In this document: piece after piece, positions 39,740-49,556 of the stretch
Numbering within the stretch: position 1 is the first letter of the stretch
How the letters are laid out: every line of letters begins with the position of its first letter
DNA from: a virus
Taxonomy: Duplodnaviria > Caudoviricetes
Strand: one strand, 5' to 3'
Length of the DNA stretch: 64,000 nucleotides
Virus record (IMG/VR): IMGVR_UViG_3300021431_000005
Location: 53,053-117,052 of that record
Notes under the pieces: model-generated
Told to the model about the DNA's origin: nothing
Database searches by the model: none
The model's input: only the letters and a program-made list of their open reading frames with translations
Position numbers and translations under genes: made by a program

Positions 39740-42181
39740 ATGGAAATCAAACAGAATTGGGTGTATGCTATACCTAGATTAAAGACCGTGGCAAGGGTGA
39801 TGGAGATAGACGGCGACAATATCAAGTTTAATACAGGCATCACCGTAAACAAGGACGACGTGTGTTCTTTGTTGCCTGTCGGCACAATTCTTAATGATGC
39901 TAACGGCAATTCCTTCACGGTCAAAAGCGAATTAGAATCGTGTTTTAACCACGAAAATTCGTTGTGCGAAACAGACGAGAGGTTTATTAGCTTTATTGAC
40001 TCCTACGAGAGACCAGCGTATTCAATAATAAAATACCCAGAAGCGGTTCTCACTCATGTCGCAGACGAAATGGAAAATATGGTGACAAACTTTTTCAAGA
40101 GTACCATATATAGCACAACTCCCTTGGCAATAAACAAAATACTGTCAACGTGGAAGAACAGCAAAGAGAGACTGCGCACAATACTCTCAAAACATCCTTT
40201 ATGGAACGAGGACGAACTTGCAATAGATTGGGAAATTGAAGTCCCCAACAAAGAGCAAAGAGACCTCGCAGAGTCTAGATACCGCAGTATTGTCGCCCAG
40301 TATAGGGAAGAATATCGAAATGACTACGACAGACTTATACCTTTGCTTGAACAAGTTAGGTTCAATTCGTTTATCGAGGGAAGCGAAATCTTCAAATTAT
40401 TTGGCTTGCATATCGCCAAAGGTATGAAGCCAACCAGAGCCTTAAGGAAATTTTTCGATGAGACAATGATGTCTAGGGTCGAAAATTTTGAGAAAATGTT
40501 TGCTGAACTGGCGGACGCTCTTTCAACGAAACCGCTCAAAAGGCGTATAACACTCTCGATCCACCCTATGGATTTCCTACGCATGAGCTACGGAAACTCG
40601 TGGAGTTCCTGTCACCATATAGGCAAGAGAGGATGCTATAGCAACGGTACACTATCATACCTCATGGACGAGCAGGCTATGGTAGTATCTCTGCTCGATC
40701 CTAACAGCAAAGATAAGACATACGAGCAGCCCAAGATCAACAGAATGATGTTCTTCTTAAACGAGTCGAACGACATACTCCAAAGCAGGCTGTACCCACA
40801 GGTGCGCATCCAAGAATTAGAAGATATTTTAGCCAAGGAGGTGGCTCAAAAAATATCTGAGTGTCTGAATATTGAACAGACATTCAAAGCTGTTGTAAGT
40901 GATGTAACTTGTGATCGCTACGTTACATCAGCTGGCACTCACTACCGAGATTACGCTTGTACTAACTTTGGTCAGAGAATCTGGTCAACAAAAGACACAC
41001 TGGGCCAGTTTAAAATAGGACACGATTGTTATTGTGTCAGCTGTGGCGAGCCGAACTCTCACAATGGTAGTTTAAACTGCGGTTGCGCAGAAAACGAGGC
41101 GTGGCGTATATTTGTCGACTTTGTTTGTCCTAACAGTGGGCGCAGATTCTATAATATCGCCGACAGTAAATACAACCCCAAGGACGGAAGATACTACATA
41201 AAGTATTCCGTCTGCAAAGAATGCGGAGAAGTATTCTTCGATTCGCATATATATTGCGAAGAATGCAGAAGAAAAATACCGCTGTTCTGTGAGGGAACTG
41301 GTGAGTTAATAGAGGGCATACCAGTTTTAATCGACGACAAGCCATATTCGCAAGAATACGTCGACGACAACTTTATGTTATGCCCTGAATGCGGAGAATA
41401 CCATCCAAATGAAGACATGGAAGAAGTGGATGGTGTCATGTATTGCAGGGAATGCGTAGAAGAAAACGATGTATTCTTTTGGTGTGAAGATTGTCAATCT
41501 TATCACCACAAAGACCACACGGAATACTATTACATAGAAGACTATGGCTACGTCTGCCAAGACTGTTATGACGAAGGTGACTATTGTTACTGTTATCACT
41601 GTGAAGAGTATTTCCAAGGTCGGGATTTACAGTACGTCGATGGACACGATGTCTGCGAAAACTGCCTATCGAGGTATTATAGGTACTGCGACAGGTGTGA
41701 AGAATATCATGACGAAGAAAGCGGCGACTGGTTATCCGATGGTGATACATGGTGGTGTGAATACTGCATTGAAAATTATGCTACACGCTGCGACCACTGT
41801 GGTGAATATTATCCAGATAACACTGGCGAGACAGTTGACGAGGATGCAAACTGGTGTGATGAATGTGTTGCAAATGCGGCATTCTGCTGTCCTGAATGCG
41901 AGGAATATTGTTCAAACGACTTAGGACGTTACGACGATGAAACTGGTGAGACTTGCTGTCAGGCTTGTTACGAACAGTTAATTGCTGAAAGAGAGCAAGA
42001 AGAGCCGCAGAGCGAGTTTGTGCCATATACAGCGACCTTGCACACAGCCATCGACGGCTTTGAAGAAGGGAGGACGGTAGAAGTTTTGGCAATCGACGGC
42101 GAAAGAGCCACGATTAAAATAAATGATGGTGTTCATGAACACTATAGATTCGTAGGCACCAATGTAATAAATGCTATATAA
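39740..42181 (+). CDS. Large protein with central SIHPxD...WSSCH domain and many CxxC Zn-finger repeats
   Basis: 813 aa; about 15 CxxC motifs in approximately 30-aa units; AAGGAGG SD. Confidence 0.8.
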   Translation: MEIKQNWVYAIPRLKTVARVMEIDGDNIKFNTGITVNKDDVCSLLPVGTILNDANGNSFTVKSELESCFNHENSLCETDERFISFIDSYERPAYSIIKYPEAVLTHVADEMENMVTNFFKSTIYSTTPLAINKILSTWKNSKERLRTILSKHPLWNEDELAIDWEIEVPNKEQRDLAESRYRSIVAQYREEYRNDYDRLIPLLEQVRFNSFIEGSEIFKLFGLHIAKGMKPTRALRKFFDETMMSRVENFEKMFAELADALSTKPLKRRITLSIHPMDFLRMSYGNSWSSCHHIGKRGCYSNGTLSYLMDEQAMVVSLLDPNSKDKTYEQPKINRMMFFLNESNDILQSRLYPQVRIQELEDILAKEVAQKISECLNIEQTFKAVVSDVTCDRYVTSAGTHYRDYACTNFGQRIWSTKDTLGQFKIGHDCYCVSCGEPNSHNGSLNCGCAENEAWRIFVDFVCPNSGRRFYNIADSKYNPKDGRYYIKYSVCKECGEVFFDSHIYCEECRRKIPLFCEGTGELIEGIPVLIDDKPYSQEYVDDNFMLCPECGEYHPNEDMEEVDGVMYCRECVEENDVFFWCEDCQSYHHKDHTEYYYIEDYGYVCQDCYDEGDYCYCYHCEEYFQGRDLQYVDGHDVCENCLSRYYRYCDRCEEYHDEESGDWLSDGDTWWCEYCIENYATRCDHCGEYYPDNTGETVDEDANWCDECVANAAFCCPECEEYCSNDLGRYDDETGETCCQACYEQLIAEREQEEPQSEFVPYTATLHTAIDGFEEGRTVEVLAIDGERATIKINDGVHEHYRFVGTNVINAI

Positions 42182-42193
42182 GGAGGAAAACTA

Positions 42194-43477
42194 ATGGACT
42201 TTTTTGAAATCTGTAAACTTGAAAAGGGCGAACTTAAGAAAACGCTCGAAAAGGAACTCACAAACATGGGATACGCCGTCACAAACGCTGACGGCTTTCT
42301 TTATGCCGAGGGAACTGTCCCTGTGTTGCTGCTTGCTCACATGGACACAGTACATAAAGAGAAGTGCAGTATTATATGCACAGACGGCAACTATGTAATG
42401 TCGCCACAGGGTATCGGCGGTGACGATAGGTGTGGCATATTCATGGTGTTGGAGACCATCAAGGAACTCCGTTGCTCTGTACTCTTCACGGAGGACGAAG
42501 AGATAGGGTGTGTCGGGGCGAAAAAATTCTGCGACTCTGGAATTACCCCGACTGTGCCTATCAATTACTTGATAGAGTACGACAGAAAGAACGCAGATGA
42601 CGCAGTATTTTATAGTTGCGACAACCCTGACTTTGAGAAGTTTATAACCGATGAAAACATCGGATTTAAAACTGCTCATGGTTCGTGTTCCGACATCAGC
42701 TACGTCGCACCGTATCTCAAAACTGCGGCGGTCAATCTTAGTTGTGGGTACTACAATCAGCACACTCTACATGAGTATGTTATTATGTCAGAGATGACGA
42801 ATAATATCGAGCGAGGAAAGGCGCTCATTAGAAAACCTTGTGATCACTTTGAATACATAGAAAAGAAGTATGATTACAAGTCAAGCTACTCCAATTATGG
42901 TTACGGCGGAAAGTGGGGACGTTCTTATGACTTGACTGGCTATTATAGTGGGAAGAGTTATAGTTATGACTACGATTTGGATGACTACGATTCGGAACTC
43001 AAAACGTCTTATCGACAGGAGGTGTATGCAGACCTTGACGAATATGCGATAACACTTTTCGGAGAGTGGTATGGGCGAGAGATTCTGCAAGTGGAAATGT
43101 TCGCACTAACCGACATCGCTGATTATGACCCAAAGAAATACGTTATCCACTCTGCTTATGGAGCGATGAGTATTGCAGAATACATGGATATGTACTCAGG
43201 AGACCCCGATTTTGTCGAGTTTGCAGTAGACAAGAAATGCAATATTTACTGCATAAAAACCGAAAGCACTTGCTGTATTAACGTTGCCATAACCATGGAC
43301 GGCGATTATATCAGCGGTATCGACGACAGTATTCATGTAATGTATTACCCGTCTGATTTGGTAAAATATCCGAGAATGACGGAAGAGCAGTTTTGGAGCT
43401 TTGAATCCTACTGTGAAATCCAGTTGGACGAAGACATAGAAGAACTGGTCGAATCTTATACAAAGGCCACGATATGA
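42194..43477 (+). CDS. Zn-dependent exopeptidase/amidohydrolase (M28/M42-like)
   Basis: AHMDTVH, GGDDRCG, DEEIG, YYNQHT metal-ligand motifs. Confidence 0.82.
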   Translation: MDFFEICKLEKGELKKTLEKELTNMGYAVTNADGFLYAEGTVPVLLLAHMDTVHKEKCSIICTDGNYVMSPQGIGGDDRCGIFMVLETIKELRCSVLFTEDEEIGCVGAKKFCDSGITPTVPINYLIEYDRKNADDAVFYSCDNPDFEKFITDENIGFKTAHGSCSDISYVAPYLKTAAVNLSCGYYNQHTLHEYVIMSEMTNNIERGKALIRKPCDHFEYIEKKYDYKSSYSNYGYGGKWGRSYDLTGYYSGKSYSYDYDLDDYDSELKTSYRQEVYADLDEYAITLFGEWYGREILQVEMFALTDIADYDPKKYVIHSAYGAMSIAEYMDMYSGDPDFVEFAVDKKCNIYCIKTESTCCINVAITMDGDYISGIDDSIHVMYYPSDLVKYPRMTEEQFWSFESYCEIQLDEDIEELVESYTKATI

Positions 43478-43605
43478 ATGTATTAAAACATTGAAAGGGG
43501 GAATGCTTCTCATTAGTAATTGTTCGCACCGCCAACCAACCCAACCGAGACAAACCAGTGCCAAAGCGCACAAATCTAAACTTTAACTTTAAGGAGAAAT
43601 GAACT

Positions 43606-44418
43606 ATGAAAAACTTTACCAAAGCTAACCTTATGACCGGTGACATGATCGAGACCAGAAGCGGCAAGAGAGCAACAGTTATGCTGAACACCCCTATCGG
43701 AAATATCCTGCGTTTCCACACCGAAAAGGATTCGTTCTCTTATCTTGACACGAGATACAGCGACACTCTGACTCATAACAATCATGAAAACCTTGACATC
43801 GTAAAGGTGTACAGGGTCGATCCCACAAAACTTCCAAGCAACAAGATCGGCGACCTAGTTGCTAACCCCGAGAAGATGCTTGAATACGGACAGGTTGTTT
43901 ATGACAGGTGGTCGTCCGATGAGGCAGACAGCGATGATAATGAATCGCCTGTCACCGCATCGTTTGAGGCTACGGCTTGTGAGGCAGAGACCAATGACGA
44001 GGTGGGCGAATCTCAGAAGCCTACAAAGGCTGTGCTTCAGACGGGCGATATGCTGGTACATAGAAACGGCAAGGTTTCAACGGTTTACAAAGATACGCCT
44101 GTCGGTGACATAACAAGATACCATACTGAATCGAACTCGTTCAGTTATCTGAGTAACTTTGACGAAGAACTGATACACAATGATAAGACAAACTTCGATG
44201 TTGTGGCTGTGTTCAGAACAGCAGAGACAGATATGACCAAGGCAGGCGACCTTATTGGAAATCCTGAAAAGATGATAACGAAAAACAATCTGCTTTGGAG
44301 CGAAAGCTACAGATTTAATGTGTCGTTTGTATACAACGAAGAACAGACTTCGTTCGTGTTCCCAAACGCAGTAGTGGACATCGACGATTTTGATGACGAG
44401 GAGGATTGTGACGACTAA
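43606..44418 (+). CDS. Hypothetical protein with internal domain duplication
   Basis: LMTGDMIETRSGK...NPEKM and LQTGDMLVHRNGK...NPEKM. Confidence 0.75.
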   Translation: MKNFTKANLMTGDMIETRSGKRATVMLNTPIGNILRFHTEKDSFSYLDTRYSDTLTHNNHENLDIVKVYRVDPTKLPSNKIGDLVANPEKMLEYGQVVYDRWSSDEADSDDNESPVTASFEATACEAETNDEVGESQKPTKAVLQTGDMLVHRNGKVSTVYKDTPVGDITRYHTESNSFSYLSNFDEELIHNDKTNFDVVAVFRTAETDMTKAGDLIGNPEKMITKNNLLWSESYRFNVSFVYNEEQTSFVFPNAVVDIDDFDDEEDCDD

Positions 44419-44421
44419 AAT

Positions 44422-44736
44422 ATGGGGCGAACAATTGATAACGCCCTTAAAAAAGAGATAGACTCTGAATACTGTTACTATTGTGGTCGTAAGCTCAACA
44501 ACCAAAACAGGACTTACGACCATGTAGTTCCAGTTGCAAAAGGGGGCAAAGACACGATAGATAATTTGGTTGCCTGTTGTAATGACTGCAATCAAATCAA
44601 GAAAAACTACACTCTGTATGAGTTGCTAAATGCGCTGGATTGTCAAAAGAAATTCTGCGATGACGAAGTGAGGATGGCAATGATAGATTATCATTATAGA
44701 GTGTTTGAACTCGCAAGACAAAGACGCAAAACCTAA
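44422..44736 (+). CDS. HNH endonuclease
   Basis: CYYCG...DHVVP..KGG....NLV.CC..CN..K. Confidence 0.92.
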   Translation: MGRTIDNALKKEIDSEYCYYCGRKLNNQNRTYDHVVPVAKGGKDTIDNLVACCNDCNQIKKNYTLYELLNALDCQKKFCDDEVRMAMIDYHYRVFELARQRRKT

Positions 44737-44740
44737 CCGC

Positions 44741-44766
44741 AGCCCCTTGGAAACGAGGGGCTTTTT
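44741..44766 (+). terminator. Intrinsic terminator
   Basis: AGCCCCTTG-gaaa-CGAGGGGCT followed by T-run. Confidence 0.7.
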
Positions 44767-44767
44767 A

Positions 44768-44814
44768 TGGATGTAATGGTTTCATATCGGTTCGATTCCG
44801 ATAACATCCACCCA
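44768..44814 (+). ncRNA. tRNA minihelix-like RNA (acceptor + T arm + CCA, no anticodon arm)
   Basis: TGGATGT/ACATCCA; TATCGG-TTCGATT-CCGATA; C then CCA. Confidence 0.65.
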
Positions 44815-44836
44815 TTTTAAAGCAGGAGGTATTACA

Positions 44837-45103
44837 ATGCGTACCAGAACAAGACGAGAGCAGAGAGTGTTGTCTGCACACAAAATCAAACACAGAAAGA
44901 AGGTGACAAGAGAATGTTGGTGGCTGAACTGCTACGCTAATCAGCCGAGCGGTCGTTTCTCTGAGCGACTGCTTTACTCTTCACGGACGAAAAGAAAAGC
45001 GCCGTGGAAGCCCGAGCCGACTTTAGCCGACAGAAAGAAGCTGGAATCACTTAACCACAGAATGGAGGAGTATTATAATGAAGGTTTATGTGAACTGTCG
45101 TAA
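44837..45103 (+). CDS. Basic hypothetical protein
   Basis: AGGAGGT SD. Confidence 0.65.
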   Translation: MRTRTRREQRVLSAHKIKHRKKVTRECWWLNCYANQPSGRFSERLLYSSRTKRKAPWKPEPTLADRKKLESLNHRMEEYYNEGLCELS

Positions 45104-45497
45104 AGGCGACATCAAGGACGATAACTTGTACAGGGCGGCGATAGCTAGGTATTATCTTTCGGAGGCTTGCAAGAAACCGAAGAAAAGGAATCTTGCAGAA
45201 CTTGCCACGAGATATTCTTATATAGGCGAGGCTGCAAGAGTCGTCAGGGATATTATAGACGACGAAACTTATATATTTATGACGGAAACTTTGAATAATA
45301 TGGGGTCTTTTGAGAAAGCAATCGACGAGTTAAAGGATGCCATGGACTATAGAAGTCCTTCTTTTCTTCCGGATTTCAGAGTGCTTTCAAGTGCCGCAAA
45401 CTCATTCCAAAAGTTTTCAGGTACTCCGTGGATTGAAACCTTACAGGAAGTTAACAGCGAAAGAAAATCTCTTGGACTCAAAGTGTTACCGTTATAA
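45078..45497 (+). CDS. Hypothetical protein
   Basis: GGAGG SD. Confidence 0.65.
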   Translation: MKVYVNCRKGDIKDDNLYRAAIARYYLSEACKKPKKRNLAELATRYSYIGEAARVVRDIIDDETYIFMTETLNNMGSFEKAIDELKDAMDYRSPSFLPDFRVLSSAANSFQKFSGTPWIETLQEVNSERKSLGLKVLPL

Positions 45498-45634
45498 TAG
45501 GAGGAATAACAATGAACGACAGAACTAATGAAAAGGAAATCAGCAACGCAACGGATGTCAAGGATATTGACACTATAAACCGTGAGGAATATCTTGAAGA
45601 GATATTTGCGTTTAGTTATTAAGGAGGTATTAAC

Positions 45635-45871
45635 ATGGATTTCGACAAGTTCTTTAAGAAGCATTTTAAAATTGCGGCGTTTTACAAGTACCCAAAGATT
45701 AAGTTTGACCGTGTTACACGGCTCAATACAAATGGTGAAAGAGCCAAGGAGAGACTGAGTGTTCTTGTCAAAGACCTTGATAGGTTAGTAAAGGAATACG
45801 GTCTCGAAAAGTATGTCGAGCAGAATGGTATCGGAGCGATCGCCGACAAACTTGACGAGTTGGTTATATAA
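45635..45871 (+). CDS. Hypothetical protein
   Basis: AAGGAGGT SD. Confidence 0.65.
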   Translation: MDFDKFFKKHFKIAAFYKYPKIKFDRVTRLNTNGERAKERLSVLVKDLDRLVKEYGLEKYVEQNGIGAIADKLDELVI

Positions 45872-45883
45872 GGAGAGTGATTT

Positions 45884-46498
45884 ATGCCTAACTGGTGTAC
45901 GACGACATACAGATTTCATGGAAAGCCAAACGAAATAGTATTGTTACATGACAATATAGTTAAATGGACAAGTCGCAGTTTTGAACAGACAGATTTCGGT
46001 AATGCGTGGCTAGGCAATATCCTACACGGAGCAGGATTACATGAACTTGTAGAGGTTAGAGGAATGTGCCGTGGCACGATTGTTTCTGTGGGAGACATAG
46101 AATGGACAGACGCATTCGATGTATACACTGAAACTGCTTGGCAGCCTTGTGCAAAAATGTGGAAGGAGGTGATTAAAAAACTCAACCTTAAAAGCGTAGA
46201 CTTTTGTTATATTGCCGAAGAACCGGGTTGCGGTCTTTATCTGATATACGATCCGAAAGGGTGCGGTTACTTTGATTCTAGCGAGGTTTGTATATCAGGT
46301 GAAACACAAGACGAAAATCTTTATGGGTATTATACAGTCAGCGAAGCGGTATTTGAATTAAACAGAATTTTGGGAACAGATAAAAAGGAGCTATCTGAAC
46401 TTATGGAGGTGGTAAAAAAATATAACGAAAACAATGAGTCGTTCTATATAGATGTGAACATATTTGAACATACCAGTGAAGACTATTGTCCATTTTAA
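45884..46498 (+). CDS. DUF1281/YubB-like (ferredoxin-like) protein
   Basis: MPNWC start; TETAWQP and EEPG motifs. Confidence 0.7.
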   Translation: MPNWCTTTYRFHGKPNEIVLLHDNIVKWTSRSFEQTDFGNAWLGNILHGAGLHELVEVRGMCRGTIVSVGDIEWTDAFDVYTETAWQPCAKMWKEVIKKLNLKSVDFCYIAEEPGCGLYLIYDPKGCGYFDSSEVCISGETQDENLYGYYTVSEAVFELNRILGTDKKELSELMEVVKKYNENNESFYIDVNIFEHTSEDYCPF

Positions 46499-46504
46499 GG
46501 AGAG

Positions 46505-47473
46505 ATGCAAATGAATACAGAAAGCATTATTGAAAGAAAAGAACTACGTGACCAGTGTGTAAGCAGGATAGAAGTGTTGCAGAAAGTCAAGGCACTCATG
46601 CTGATACCGCATTTGGAGTGCATGACAATCAAACAGGTTGCGGAGTATTACGAGGTTGACAGAGACATCATTAATAAATGTTATCAGAGAAATCAGAAAG
46701 AGGTTGACAATGACGGCGTTGTTTTGCGTACTCCAAAACAGTTCACCGAACTAAGTGGACATGGTGTCCAATTAGTAAGGGGGAAGAATAAAGCTGTTTT
46801 AGACCTTGGCAACGGAGTAACAATCGAGATTCCCAACCGCGGAACCAAATGTTTTTCAAAGAGAGCAATTATGAGAATCGGTATGCTCCTTCGTGACAGC
46901 CGTGTGGCACAGGAACTCAGAACACAGCTTCTCAATGTTGTTGAGAACACAGAAGTAGAACGCCCCGAACTACTGACAAGCGAGATTGACTATGAGACAC
47001 AGCTTCAAGTAGCAGTCGGACGTGCGGCGATGAGTGGTGATCCTACGCAGATAATAAAGGCAATGACTGATATTGTTGCATATAAGAACCGCCACATAGA
47101 CGAACTCGAAAAGGCGAACGAACAAGCTGAAGAAGATAATCGAACGCTCGCAGGAGAGACACTGAGAATAACCAGCCGAAAAGAGTTAGTCAGAAGTGTC
47201 CGCTGTTTGGCAACGAGAATCAAGAAGACAATCCCTGCAACGTGGAATGTCTTATATAAACAACTCTTATACAAGTTTAGCATAAGCCTTGCCAACAGAA
47301 AAGCGGCGGACTCTCGCGGCGCAAAGAGAAAACTTGTTGAATACATACGACCCGACGAATGGCGAAAGGTTCAGATGACCATATCGGCAATATTAAAAGA
47401 CAATCATATAAGCCCCACAGAGTTCTATGATGAAGTCTTTGACGATTATTATATGAAAAGAAATGAGGAATAA
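46505..47473 (+). CDS. Antirepressor-like DNA-binding protein
   Basis: TIKQVAEYYEV and RAIMRIGMLLRDSRVA motifs, coiled coil. Confidence 0.6.
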   Translation: MQMNTESIIERKELRDQCVSRIEVLQKVKALMLIPHLECMTIKQVAEYYEVDRDIINKCYQRNQKEVDNDGVVLRTPKQFTELSGHGVQLVRGKNKAVLDLGNGVTIEIPNRGTKCFSKRAIMRIGMLLRDSRVAQELRTQLLNVVENTEVERPELLTSEIDYETQLQVAVGRAAMSGDPTQIIKAMTDIVAYKNRHIDELEKANEQAEEDNRTLAGETLRITSRKELVRSVRCLATRIKKTIPATWNVLYKQLLYKFSISLANRKAADSRGAKRKLVEYIRPDEWRKVQMTISAILKDNHISPTEFYDEVFDDYYMKRNEE

Positions 47474-47528
47474 TACCACAGAGCGCCTGAGAAATTGGGC
47501 GCTCCTATTTTTATATAGGAGGTTTACA

Positions 47529-47753
47529 ATGAATGAGTTTTCCTTTTATCATATAGTGAACGAACACACACGCAAATGCAGGACAGTACAAAACGTGTCA
47601 GAAACAATAGAAGAAATCAAAACGCCAACGGAGATTAAAAAGAAAGAGAGTGGGCTAAAAAGGATAAAGCATAGAGTGGCTAAGTTTTTCGGTGTCGCAA
47701 TTGTCGCAGTAATGGGTACAATGTCAATTGTGTTATATGCTTTAATAATATAA
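47529..47753 (+). CDS. Small membrane protein
   Basis: C-terminal hydrophobic helix; AGGAGG SD. Confidence 0.65.
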   Translation: MNEFSFYHIVNEHTRKCRTVQNVSETIEEIKTPTEIKKKESGLKRIKHRVAKFFGVAIVAVMGTMSIVLYALII

Positions 47754-47763
47754 GGAGGAAAAG

Positions 47764-48120
47764 GTGATGAAAATTAAGTGTATTAGTGCAGATATTTTTG
47801 AGAGCAAATCATTCGGGAACTGTAGCAACCATGGTCTTTCGACAAGGTTTAAAAGCGTACTCTTGATGCACCCACATGGACATATAGAGATTGACGCCGA
47901 GGATTTGCCCGAGAATTTCTGCCGTATCAATGAGATGAGACTTGGCGGTAAAACATATCTTTATGTTGAGCCATATTCAAAGCCGGAACATTTAGGATGG
48001 ATGTCGGGCGGTTGCTTGGTATACTCATCCGATTCAAGATTCCATGAGTTCTCTGATTATCCTTTAGTGTTACATGATAGGCAGGAAACTCAGGAACAGT
48101 ACGACCTGTTGTCTCATTAA
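47764..48120 (+). CDS. Conserved phage hypothetical protein
   Basis: CSNHGLS...MSGG...SSDSRF...LHDRQE. Confidence 0.7.
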   Translation: MMKIKCISADIFESKSFGNCSNHGLSTRFKSVLLMHPHGHIEIDAEDLPENFCRINEMRLGGKTYLYVEPYSKPEHLGWMSGGCLVYSSDSRFHEFSDYPLVLHDRQETQEQYDLLSH

Positions 48121-48134
48121 GGGGGGAATAGACA

Positions 48135-48323
48135 GTGTATAAAAGAAAAACAAAGGACGTTTATATTCTTTTTGGCAACTGGGGTTACGGCTGGGACGAG
48201 GTGCTTGAAGAAGATACTTTTAAGGAGATCAAGATGCGTTATAAAGAATATGTTGAGAACGACAAAAGAGCAATCTTTCAGGTAAAGAAAGTAAGAAGAA
48301 AAATCGAACAGATAAAAGATTAG
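48135..48323 (+). CDS. Hypothetical protein
   Basis: SD, GTG start; GNWGYGWD. Confidence 0.6.
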   Translation: MYKRKTKDVYILFGNWGYGWDEVLEEDTFKEIKMRYKEYVENDKRAIFQVKKVRRKIEQIKD

Positions 48324-48349
48324 TTTCAAAACAATGTTCAAAGAGTGAA

Positions 48350-48595
48350 GTGATATTTTTGAAAATTAACGATAGATACGAAATCAGAATTGTAGTTGTT
48401 GAAATCAAATACAACGGGCAAACAGGAGATGTATATGACAATTTGTCTGAGTTCAAAGAAGATAAACCCTTTAGTGATTATCGGTATGGGTTTATTGTCC
48501 TTGACACAGAAACGGGTTATATTCCTTCTGATTGTAACGATTGGAATGATAGTGTGGAAGAAGCACTATTCGATTACGAATGTAATGTAGAATAA
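48350..48595 (+). CDS. Hypothetical protein
   Basis: ORF in co-directional array. Confidence 0.5.
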   Translation: MIFLKINDRYEIRIVVVEIKYNGQTGDVYDNLSEFKEDKPFSDYRYGFIVLDTETGYIPSDCNDWNDSVEEALFDYECNVE

Positions 48596-48639
48596 AAGTA
48601 AGCTGACCTATCGGCATGACGGGGAGAAAGGATAAAGCT

Positions 48640-48855
48640 ATGATAAGATTTGCTGTCTATAAAGCAGATGGTAGCAAATGCTATTATGTTTATGAAAGTG
48701 AAGATACAATAAGAGAAGATTATCTTTCGGAGAACTGTATATTACCTCATAACGATGATGCCATAATTTATTTTCAAATAGGTGGCGTACCGTTGTGTGT
48801 TGATTGTTTTTTTGACATAATTGTTTTGCTTGGAATTGAAACCGCAACGGATTGA
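48640..48855 (+). CDS. Hypothetical protein
   Basis: AAGGA SD. Confidence 0.5.
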   Translation: MIRFAVYKADGSKCYYVYESEDTIREDYLSENCILPHNDDAIIYFQIGGVPLCVDCFFDIIVLLGIETATD

Positions 48856-48893
48856 TGTAGAATAAAAGCAAGTTTTTATAAGGAGGTCTTAAT

Positions 48894-49091
48894 ATGAAAA
48901 AGAAAACAAAGTTTTATCTTGATGCCGAAAATTGGGAAGGTTGCGATGTTTATTTAACCAATCAAAACAATCGTCTTTGGGTTGTGGCTTGTTGCGATGA
49001 TAACTACTGTGCAGCTTATGTTGATGCAAGACAATTATATGAAGAGTTGAAAGAATATTTTGAAGGCGATAAACGGAGGGAGGAAGAATGA
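48894..49091 (+). CDS. Hypothetical protein
   Basis: AAGGAGGT SD. Confidence 0.65.
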   Translation: MKKKTKFYLDAENWEGCDVYLTNQNNRLWVVACCDDNYCAAYVDARQLYEELKEYFEGDKRREEE

Positions 49092-49540
49092 GTATAAACA
49101 TAAGCGTGGGTGCGGCAAGCATATGTATATCTGATGAAGAGGCGCTAATGATATACAAACAAATAAAGGCGCAAGCTGCAAAGACGGAACTTGAAAGTCG
49201 GAATTACTTTGTGGATTCTATTCCACAGGACTTTGATTATCTGAGAGAGTTGTGTAATCATGACTTTACAACAGTTCCCAAAAAATTTAAAGACAAGCGA
49301 TGCGAGAGTTACACACACGAATATTTCGATTGGTGTCGCGCCGTGGAGGTGTTATATAAAATATCGAGATACGTTTTTGATGTATATTATGATAGGTATA
49401 CAACGCCACTTTTAATTGGTTATACCGAATCGTGTACTTTAGAAGAATATATGAAGAAGTGGTCTGAATATAAGCACAGGGATGATGCGTTGATTGAACA
49501 AATTTGCAAAATGGCTCGGGATCAGACTAATTCAAACTGA
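49088..49540 (+). CDS. Hypothetical protein
   Basis: GGAGG SD; ATGA overlap. Confidence 0.65.
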   Translation: MSINISVGAASICISDEEALMIYKQIKAQAAKTELESRNYFVDSIPQDFDYLRELCNHDFTTVPKKFKDKRCESYTHEYFDWCRAVEVLYKISRYVFDVYYDRYTTPLLIGYTESCTLEEYMKKWSEYKHRDDALIEQICKMARDQTNSN

Positions 49541-49556
49541 TAAAGGAGGAATAATT

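Noticed and set aside
39740-42181. Multiheme cytochrome or DGR target
   Set aside because: Motifs are CxxC without the CxxCH pattern; no reverse transcriptase or TR/VR pair seen
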